From positions 13,250 to 77,249 of the forward strand of contig JARFUG010000004.1 of NCBI GenBank assembly GCA_029289095.1: DNA of 64,000 bases, written 5' to 3'. How positions within the stretch are numbered: the stretch's first letter is position 1; each line of letters opens with the position of its first letter. Below the pieces are notes generated by a model. That model made no database searches. It was given only the letters and a program-made list of their open reading frames with translations, and was not told the DNA's origin. The DNA is from Desulfuromonadales bacterium. GTDB lineage: Bacteria > Desulfobacterota > Desulfuromonadia > Desulfuromonadales > JACZKF01. This document shows positions 57,652 to 64,000 of the stretch, piece by piece. Both the position numbers and the translations under genes were made by a program.

Positions 57652-57652
57652 G

Positions 57653-57720
57653 GGCAGAATTCAGAATTCAGGAGCCAGAAGCCAGGAGCAGGAGCCAGGA
57701 GCCAAGAACCGGGAGCAGAG
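57653..57720. repeat. Heptamer tract (GCCAGGA type)
   Basis: ggcagaa ttcagaa ttcagga gccagaa gccagga gcaggag ccaggag ccaagaa ccgggag. Starts 2 nt upstream of the bpt ATG. Confidence 0.75.
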
Positions 57721-57778
57721 ATGTATCCTGTGGCGGCCTTTATGCTAAATTGATAGAAACTGTTCGGGATATCTTCGC

Positions 57779-58411
57779 ATGGAATTCGATCATATTGTAC
57801 AAATAATCGCGCTGACTCTTGGGATGGCGTGGGCCAGCGGCATCAATCTCTATGCCGCACTTCTCGTTCCCGGGATCCTCGGGGCGACGGGACACATGAC
57901 GCTCCCCCCCGATCTGCAGATCCTGAGCGATCCCCTGGTGCTCTGGGCCGCCGGGATCATGTTCGTGATCGAGTTCGTGGCGGACAAGATCCCGGGGGTC
58001 GATTCGGCCTGGGACACGGTGCACACCTTCATCCGCATACCGGCAGGGGCGGTGCTGGCGGTCGGCGCCATCGGCGACGTCTCGCCGGCGCTGACGATGG
58101 CGGCAGCCATCATCGGAGGGAGCCTGGCCGCCACTTCGCACCTGACCAAGGCCGGAACCCGCCTCATCATCAACGCCTCGCCGGAACCCTTCAGCAACTG
58201 GTTCGCTTCGCTGAGCGAAGATGTGCTGGCCATCGCCGTCCTTTTCCTCGCCCTCTACTTTCCCTGGATCTTTTTCGCTTTCCTGATCGTTCTGCTGCTC
58301 CTGACGATCTGGTTTCTGCCCCGGATCTGGAGAGGAATCAGGGCTCTTTTCTCCGGAATCGCCCGGCTCATGAACAGGGGGGAACCTCATGGCCCGCCGG
58401 GACGGGGTTGA
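57779..58411 (+). CDS. DUF4126-family membrane protein
   Basis: 210 aa. Multi-TM with a VADKIPGVDSAWD block. Confidence 0.7.
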   Translation: MEFDHIVQIIALTLGMAWASGINLYAALLVPGILGATGHMTLPPDLQILSDPLVLWAAGIMFVIEFVADKIPGVDSAWDTVHTFIRIPAGAVLAVGAIGDVSPALTMAAAIIGGSLAATSHLTKAGTRLIINASPEPFSNWFASLSEDVLAIAVLFLALYFPWIFFAFLIVLLLLTIWFLPRIWRGIRALFSGIARLMNRGEPHGPPGRG

Positions 58412-58424
58412 TGGGAGTACCGAC

Positions 58425-59063
58425 ATGCTCTACCGGCCAGCGCCGCTGCATTCGCTTGATGATATCGCCAAAGCCCTCGATATGCGCCCCGCCCACATCA
58501 TCGCCCCCGGAAACCACAGGGCCGCCGCCGTAGCGATGATCCTGAAAGAAGAGGCGTCATTTCCTCACGTCCTCTTCATCGAACGTGCGCGCCGCACCGG
58601 CGACCCCTGGTCCGGAGATCTGGGCTTCCCCGGGGGAAAGGTCGAGAAGGACGATTCCGGCTCCCGAAACGCCGCCATCCGGGAAACCTACGAAGAGATC
58701 GGTCTCGACCTCACTGATTCGCACTGCCTCGGACGACTCGACGACATCGCCGGGGAACACCTGCCGGTGCTGATTTCGTGCTTTCTCTTCCACATCGAAG
58801 AAGACCCTCCGTTCACCCTGAGCGACGAAGTGACTCGCGCCTTCTGGGTTCCTCTGTCAACGTTGTGCGATCCGGCGCGGCACATCGAAACGGTCGTGCA
58901 TTTTTCAGGAAAGCCCCTCACCCGGCCGGCTATCGATCTGCTCGGTCCGGGAGAAACTGTCCTGTGGGGGATCACCTATCGCCTCGTACGCCAGTTGCTG
59001 GAGCGCCTCGGTGAAAGTGCTGCATTCCAGCCCTTGCTAGGAGTGAAGAGAGGCCGGATATGA
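58425..59063 (+). CDS. NUDIX hydrolase (CoA pyrophosphatase-like)
   Basis: ATG at 58425. HRAAAVAMIL..., then Nudix box GFPGGKVEKDDSGSRNAAIRETYEEIGL. Confidence 0.8.
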   Translation: MLYRPAPLHSLDDIAKALDMRPAHIIAPGNHRAAAVAMILKEEASFPHVLFIERARRTGDPWSGDLGFPGGKVEKDDSGSRNAAIRETYEEIGLDLTDSHCLGRLDDIAGEHLPVLISCFLFHIEEDPPFTLSDEVTRAFWVPLSTLCDPARHIETVVHFSGKPLTRPAIDLLGPGETVLWGITYRLVRQLLERLGESAAFQPLLGVKRGRI

Positions 59064-59326
59064 AGATCCGAAAGGAGCAGATCGATTGGGAATCTCTCTG
59101 CAGGCGCTGTGGGGAGTGCTGCTTCGAGAAATGGATTGAAGATGACGGTACGATCATTCCCACCGGCGTCGCCTGCCGCCATCTCGACATCGTCACCAGG
59201 GAGTGCAGGGTGTACCACAAGCGTTTCGACGTCGGCGAAGACTGCGTCCTCCTCACCCCGGAGGTGGTCAGCAGCGTCCGGTGGCTTCCGGATACATGCG
59301 GATACGTCCGACACTTGAAGGAGTAA
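59060..59326 (+). CDS. YkgJ-family Cys-cluster protein (CxxCxxCC)
   Basis: 88 aa. CRRCGECCFEKW motif. ATGA overlap with the upstream NUDIX gene. Confidence 0.7.
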   Translation: MKIRKEQIDWESLCRRCGECCFEKWIEDDGTIIPTGVACRHLDIVTRECRVYHKRFDVGEDCVLLTPEVVSSVRWLPDTCGYVRHLKE

Positions 59327-59336
59327 GACGCAAAGT

Positions 59337-59478
59337 TTTACAATTCAAAATACAAAATTCAAAATTGATGGTCTCGCAATTCAAAATCTACCGCCGAGAC
59401 ACCAAGACACAAAGAGAACCTATTGATTCAAAAAGATTTTCTTGGTGCACTTGGTGTCTTGGTGGTGAAACAATGCTT
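59337..59478. repeat. AATTCAA-type heptamer tract followed by the CACCAAG-type hairpin ending GGTGAAAC
   Basis: caattcaaaatacaaaattcaaaattgatgg...caattcaaaat, then gagacaccaagacacaaagagaacc-loop-ttttcttggtgcacttggtgtcttggtGGTGAAAC. Confidence 0.7.
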
Positions 59479-59503
59479 TTTGCATTGATCTTCAGAGGTA
59501 TTC

Positions 59504-60295
59504 ATGGACTCACGCTACTTCACCCCTCCCCGCCCCCGCTTCTTCGCCCATCGCGGCAGCAGCGCCGCCTTCCCGGAAAACACCCTCCCCGCCTTTTCTG
59601 CGGCCGTGAGCATCGGGATAGGATACCTGGAGCTCGACGTATGGGGGAGCCGGGACGGGCGCATCTTCGTCCATCATGACGAAACCCTGGATCGCACCTG
59701 CGGCGACCCCCGACGCATCTGCGAGGTCGATTCGACGGAACTCGCCGCTCTGGACGCCGGCTACGGCTTCACCATGGACGGACGGATCTTTCCTTTTCGC
59801 GGGCAGGGAATTTCTCCACCGCTGCTGGAGGATGTGCTGAGGTCTTTTCCGCAGGTACGGGTGAACATCGAGATCAAACAGAACGAGCCGCCCGTGGAGA
59901 AGGAGGTTCTCGAGGTGGTGAAAAAGACGGGCTCTGAAGACAGGGTCCTGCTCGCGTCGGAGAAGGACGCCGTACTTCAGCGGATGCGGAAGATCTGCGG
60001 CCCCATTCCCACCGGGATGAGTGCGGGCGAAGCGGCCGGATTCTTCGGATGGGTCAAGGGGGGATGCAGCGCTTCGTACCGGCCGCCGGGCGCCGCACTG
60101 CAAATACCCGAGGAATATGGCATTGTGAAGCTCGTCACTGAGGAGACGGTTGCGGCGGCTCATGCCGCAGGCCTTGAGGTGCACGTCTGGACGGTGAATC
60201 AACTCTCGGATATGCGCCGCCTGCTCTCAGTCGGTGTCGACGGCATCATGAGCGACTATCCCAACCTGCTCATGGAAGTGAGCGCAGAGATTTGA
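59504..60295 (+). CDS. Glycerophosphodiester phosphodiesterase
   Basis: 263 aa. FAHRGSSAAFPENT, LELDVW and HVWTVN blocks. Confidence 0.9.
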   Translation: MDSRYFTPPRPRFFAHRGSSAAFPENTLPAFSAAVSIGIGYLELDVWGSRDGRIFVHHDETLDRTCGDPRRICEVDSTELAALDAGYGFTMDGRIFPFRGQGISPPLLEDVLRSFPQVRVNIEIKQNEPPVEKEVLEVVKKTGSEDRVLLASEKDAVLQRMRKICGPIPTGMSAGEAAGFFGWVKGGCSASYRPPGAALQIPEEYGIVKLVTEETVAAAHAAGLEVHVWTVNQLSDMRRLLSVGVDGIMSDYPNLLMEVSAEI

Positions 60296-60334
60296 TTCCT
60301 GCATGATCTCAGCAGGAACTTGTCCATGCTTGAT

Positions 60335-60643
60335 TCAAACCGGCAGCTTCAGAGTCTTCCTCGTCTCGAAGTCGAGGATCGCTCCGGCAAGCCCGTAGAC
60401 GATCTCCTCCGGATTCCTCCCCCCTTCCCACCAAGTCAGGTCGAGCTGCCACGCCTCCCCCTCCCATCCGCGGATGACGGCCCCGAAGGGATCGCTAAGC
60501 TCACCAAGGACGGTGCGTATCTCGGCGCAGAGAAAGGCGTTCAGTTCTCCATCGAGCACAGCTCCAGGCTGCGTCCCCCGGTGAGCGAAACGGCGACGGG
60601 TCTGCTGCGCGATCTGCGCCACCAGTTCGGCACGATCATTCAT
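60335..60643 (-). CDS. Hypothetical protein
   Basis: 102 aa from the ATG at 60643 (GGAGG 6 nt upstream). No recognisable family. Confidence 0.45.
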   Translation of the reverse strand: MNDRAELVAQIAQQTRRRFAHRGTQPGAVLDGELNAFLCAEIRTVLGELSDPFGAVIRGWEGEAWQLDLTWWEGGRNPEEIVYGLAGAILDFETRKTLKLPV

Positions 60644-60747
60644 GACGCCTCCTGTGGATATTGTAACGGTTTGTTCTGGTGTCCCGTGCGGCAAGGGACG
60701 CCGGTGCACTAACCGGGTGCTCCTCTGGACCGGAAACGCTTTTTAAA

Positions 60748-60840
60748 CTCCCCTCCCTTGATGGGAGGGACAGGGGGAGGGTAAGCTTGAGCCCCCCTCT
60801 CCCCAACCCTCTCCCACGGAGGGGAGAGGGGGCTGGTGGG
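60748..60840. repeat. G/C-homopolymer-rich double hairpin (REP-like)
   Basis: ctcccctccc ttgat gggaggga cagggggaggg ... gcccccctctccccaaccctctcccacggaggggagagggggc. Confidence 0.55.
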
Positions 60841-60863
60841 CGGACCGTTCCCACCCTCGGATG

Positions 60864-61772
60864 CTAAATCAGCTCCCCAGGCAGGTGCAGGAGAAACGGA
60901 CGAAAATCGTGCGGCAGCGGCGCGACGATCGAGATCTCTTCTGCGCTTTCAGGGTGGTGAAATCGCAACCGTCGCGCGTGCAGCAGATACCGGCCGGCGC
61001 TCAGCGCTTCGCCCCCGATCCGCACCCCCGCCGGACCACCGTAGAGAGTGTCGCCCACAATAGGATATCCCTCACCCGCGAGATGGGCGCGGATCTGGTG
61101 GGTTCGGCCGGTCCGCGGGCAGGCTTCCACCAGGGAGAACCCTGCGCCCCGCCCCAACGTGCGGAAATCGGTGTGCGCCTCCTGCCCTCTTCCCTCTGCA
61201 GCGACCGTACGCCCACGGACACCCGCCAGAAGCCGGTTGCGAACCGAAAAATCCTCTGGAGGAAAACCGGCGACCAGGGCGAGATAGTCCTTGGAAACCT
61301 CTCTCTGTGCAAACTGTCGGGCCATCTCGCGATTGGCCGTCTCCGAGAGGGCGAAGAGGAGGACGCCGGAGGTGTCGGCGTCGAGGCGATGCAGGAGGAT
61401 CGGCATCGAACTCCCCTGCATCGGTTTCACCAGGTCGAGAACGCTGGGATGACCCGGCGCGGCGGGGTGGACGGCAAGCCCCGCCGGCTTGTCGAGCGCC
61501 AGGAGGTGGGGATCGCGAAAAAGGATGACCCCCTCGGAGATTTCCGGAGTGGGAGGCGCCCCCTCCAGGGTGACGGTGATCGTCTCTTCCCCGGAGAGAA
61601 GGCGTCCGGCGCGCCTTTCGACACGGCCGTCGAGAAAAACCCTTCCGCCATCGAGAGCCCGCTTGATCGCCTTGCGGGAAACGTCGGGCAGAGAATGCAC
61701 CATGAAGAGATCGAGACGCACTCCGCGAGCGGCCCGATCGGTCACGATCGTCTCGCGCCGGGTCCGACTCAT
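60864..61772 (-). CDS. RluA-family pseudouridine synthase (S4 domain + catalytic domain)
   Basis: ATG at 61772 forms an ATGA overlap with the mtaB stop. HRLDADTSGVLLFA catalytic Asp motif. Confidence 0.9.
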   Translation of the reverse strand: MSRTRRETIVTDRAARGVRLDLFMVHSLPDVSRKAIKRALDGGRVFLDGRVERRAGRLLSGEETITVTLEGAPPTPEISEGVILFRDPHLLALDKPAGLAVHPAAPGHPSVLDLVKPMQGSSMPILLHRLDADTSGVLLFALSETANREMARQFAQREVSKDYLALVAGFPPEDFSVRNRLLAGVRGRTVAAEGRGQEAHTDFRTLGRGAGFSLVEACPRTGRTHQIRAHLAGEGYPIVGDTLYGGPAGVRIGGEALSAGRYLLHARRLRFHHPESAEEISIVAPLPHDFRPFLLHLPGELI

Positions 61773-63046
61773 AGGCGCTCTCCGAAAAGTCCCTTCGGCG
61801 TCCATTTTCTGATGAGAACCCTGGACGTTCGCCCCGGATCTCCATCGTCCGGAAAGCGGATCGTCAGGTAGTTGCGGGTCAGTCCGCGCCGCTCCCCTGC
61901 GTCCCTGCCTCCCTCCACGACCACCTCGACGTCCTGTCCGATGAACCCTTTGGCAAACGCGCGTTCTTTCGCTTCTCCGAGAGCACGCAGGCGGGAGGCG
62001 CGGCGCCGAATCTGCTCTGGAGGGACCTGCCCGCTCATCTGGGCAGCGGGGGTTCCGGGGCGTCGACTGAAGGGGAAGACGTGCAGATGCGTGACCGGCA
62101 ACGCCTCGATAAGTCGGAAGGTATTTTCGAATTGGGCATCGGTTTCGCCGGGAAAGCCGGCGATCACGTCGAGGCCGATGGCCGCATCGGGAAGACGCCA
62201 GCGGATGTCGTGCACAAGATCGGCGAAAAAACCGGCGGTATAGGTCCGGTTCATGGCTCGCAGAATGTCGTCGTCACCCGACTGCAGGGGGATGTGGAAA
62301 TGCGGGCAGATGACCTCGGAGAACGCCACGGCCTCGATCAACTCGGATGAGATTTCCGTCGGTTCGATCGAACCCAGCCGCAGACGCTTCACATCCGTCT
62401 GCGCCTCGAGCTGCCGCAGGAGGGAGAGAAGTGACTGCGGCGGCTGCAGGTCCGAGCCGTACCCGCCGATGTGGATTCCTGTCAGGACGATTTCGGGATA
62501 CCCCCCTTCGACGAGATGTCGAACCTGCTCCACAATTTCGGTGGTGGGAACCGATCGGCTCCGGCCGCGGGCGTAAGGGATGATGCAATAGGCGCAGAAG
62601 GCGTCGCAGCCGTTCTGGATCTGAACGAAGGCGCGGCTGCGCTCGGTGAAGACGGAGATGGAAGGAACCGCAGCGACTTCCGTAAGGCGGATGTCCGAGA
62701 CCCGCGTCCCCTCCTCGGCGAGAAGCACCAGAAGATCGCGTTTCTCTTCGTTGCCGATGACGAGGGAGACGCCGGGGATGGCCGAAAGGGAGGCGGGGTC
62801 GATCTGGGCGTAACAGCCGGTCACCACCACCCGGCAGGAGGCGTTGAGACGCCGTGCCCTACGAATGAGCTTGCGCGACTCGGCATCGGTGGCCGCCGTG
62901 ACGGTGCAGGTGTTCACGATCACAAGGTCCGCCCCCGCCTCGAAAGGGACCTGAGAATATCCGGCCCCCTGAAGACGCTCCTCCATGGCGGCCGATTCGA
63001 ACTGGTTCGTCTTGCATCCGAGGGTGGCTATTGAGAAGGTTTTCAA
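61769..63046 (-). CDS. mtaB: tRNA (t6A37) methylthiotransferase, radical SAM
   Basis: 425 aa. IATLGCKTNQFES N-terminus and CDAFCAYC radical-SAM motif. The apparent start is TTG with no obvious SD, so start confidence is lower. Confidence 0.88.
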   Translation of the reverse strand: MKTFSIATLGCKTNQFESAAMEERLQGAGYSQVPFEAGADLVIVNTCTVTAATDAESRKLIRRARRLNASCRVVVTGCYAQIDPASLSAIPGVSLVIGNEEKRDLLVLLAEEGTRVSDIRLTEVAAVPSISVFTERSRAFVQIQNGCDAFCAYCIIPYARGRSRSVPTTEIVEQVRHLVEGGYPEIVLTGIHIGGYGSDLQPPQSLLSLLRQLEAQTDVKRLRLGSIEPTEISSELIEAVAFSEVICPHFHIPLQSGDDDILRAMNRTYTAGFFADLVHDIRWRLPDAAIGLDVIAGFPGETDAQFENTFRLIEALPVTHLHVFPFSRRPGTPAAQMSGQVPPEQIRRRASRLRALGEAKERAFAKGFIGQDVEVVVEGGRDAGERRGLTRNYLTIRFPDDGDPGRTSRVLIRKWTPKGLFGERL

Positions 63047-63192
63047 GGCAGTATCCAGGAGCCGGGAGCCAGGAGCCAGAAGAAAACCAAGAACTTCTGT
63101 TCAAGTCCTGATCTCGGTGTTTCGAAAGAGGAATGGTTTCTTGTCACGATTTTTAGCCCTTACTCCTGGATTCTGGCTCCTGCTTTCTCTAT
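63047..63192. repeat. Inverted GGAGCCA-type heptamer arms flanking a ~65-bp spacer
   Basis: ggcagta tccagga gccggga gccagga gccagaa ... ttactcc tggattc tggctcc tgc. The right arm overlaps the mnmA stop. Confidence 0.7.
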
Positions 63193-64000
63193 CCACCCCC
63201 CGCCGAGGACCTTGTCCCCCTCATAGAAGACGGCCGCCTGCCCGGGGGTCACCCCTTTCTGGGGTTCGTCGAAGGAGACGGTCGCCCGGCCGTCGGGGAA
63301 CGGAGTGATCAGAGCGGGGACTTCGGTGTGGCGATAACGGATGCGGCACCGCGCGCGCAGCGGCTGCGACGGCGGGGGAACGGTCCAGTTCACCTCGAGG
63401 CAGGTGAACTCCCTGACCAGCAGGTGCTGCGCCTCCCCCACCACGACCTGCCGTTTCGTCGCATCGATCCCGACGACGTAGAGCGGGTCGGGCCAGGCGA
63501 TCCCGAGGCCGCGACGCTGCCCGACGGTGTAGCGGTACGTTCCCTGATGGCGCCCCAGGACCTTTCCGCCGACGTGAACGATCTCACCGTCCATATGCCC
63601 GCTGCCGCGCTCCTCTTCGAGAAACCGCACGTAATCGCCATCGGGGACGAAGCAGATATCCTGACTTTCCGGCTTCTCGGCCGTCCGAAGGCCGAGCCGC
63701 ACAGCATGAATGCGCACCTCCTCCTTGGTCATCCCCCCCAAGGGGAAAACGACGCGTTCCATCTGCTCGGGGGTGAGGGTAAAGAGGAAATAGCTCTGAT
63801 CCTTGGCCGCATCGAGCCCCTTGCGAAGAGCGAAACCTTCCCCCTCGCGAAGAAGCTGCGCGTAATGGCCGGTGGCGAGACAATCGGCCTCGAGTTCCCG
63901 GGCGCGGCGCAGCAGCAGATCGAACTTGAGAACCTGATTGCACAGCACGCACGGATTCGGTGTGCGTCCGGCGAAATAGTCATCGCAAAAACGGTCGATG
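63160..64000 (-). CDS. mnmA: tRNA 2-thiouridine(34) synthase, C-terminal part (N-terminus beyond the window)
   Basis: The reading frame stays open to position 64000 (…[33 protein letters not shown]…). The ORF-track start at 63948 is internal. Confidence 0.92.
   Translation of the reverse strand, partial: IDRFCDDYFAGRTPNPCVLCNQVLKFDLLLRRARELEADCLATGHYAQLLREGEGFALRKGLDAAKDQSYFLFTLTPEQMERVVFPLGGMTKEEVRIHAVRLGLRTAEKPESQDICFVPDGDYVRFLEEERGSGHMDGEIVHVGGKVLGRHQGTYRYTVGQRRGLGIAWPDPLYVVGIDATKRQVVVGEAQHLLVREFTCLEVNWTVPPPSQPLRARCRIRYRHTEVPALITPFPDGRATVSFDEPQKGVTPGQAAVFYEGDKVLGGGWIEKAGARIQE

Overview
High-GC, gene-dense chromosomal window; about 50 of the roughly 58 CDS lie on the minus strand. Gene content suggests a Desulfuromonadales-type deltaproteobacterium (Geobacter/Pelobacter/Desulfuromonas relatives), but that is inference only. 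Housekeeping genes: rlpA, accA, dnaE, maf, lpxA, ssrA (tmRNA) with smpB, panB-panC plus a PLP-type aspartate decarboxylase, a giant NAD-glutamate dehydrogenase, rsmA, tsaD, a PIN-PhoH ATPase, class II ribonucleotide reductase nrdJ, bpt, rluA-family, mtaB and mnmA (truncated at the window end). The main accessory region is 7.5-28.1 kb. It holds a mycofactocin RiPP locus, with precursor MftA ending IDGICGVY, MftB, radical-SAM MftC and glycosyltransferase MftF. This locus is interrupted by a FadH/OYE-type Fe-S flavoprotein and a full FixB-FixC-FixX-FixA electron-transfer flavoprotein module. No mftD or mftE is present in the window. Downstream follow a tungsten-type aldehyde:ferredoxin oxidoreductase and a MoaD-like/ThiF-like ubiquitin-like-carrier/E1 pair. 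Nearby are a MoxR-VWA-PAS histidine kinase operon, an iron-type alcohol dehydrogenase and an NAD-type aldehyde dehydrogenase. The mftA operon and the alcohol dehydrogenase each carry a textbook sigma-54 promoter with identical -24 flanks and a shared upstream motif. I read this as one regulon for alcohol/aldehyde oxidation, with the ETF/FixCX module as a candidate anaerobic electron outlet for mycofactocin. A second feature runs across the whole window. At least 13 intergenic spots contain degenerate tandem heptanucleotide tracts, often arranged as inverted arms. Many start with an RGGCAR anchor, and 21-22 nt blocks are shared between distant loci. No transposase, integrase, CRISPR array, rRNA or tRNA gene was seen. 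All domain and family names come from reading the translated ORFs by eye; no searches were run.
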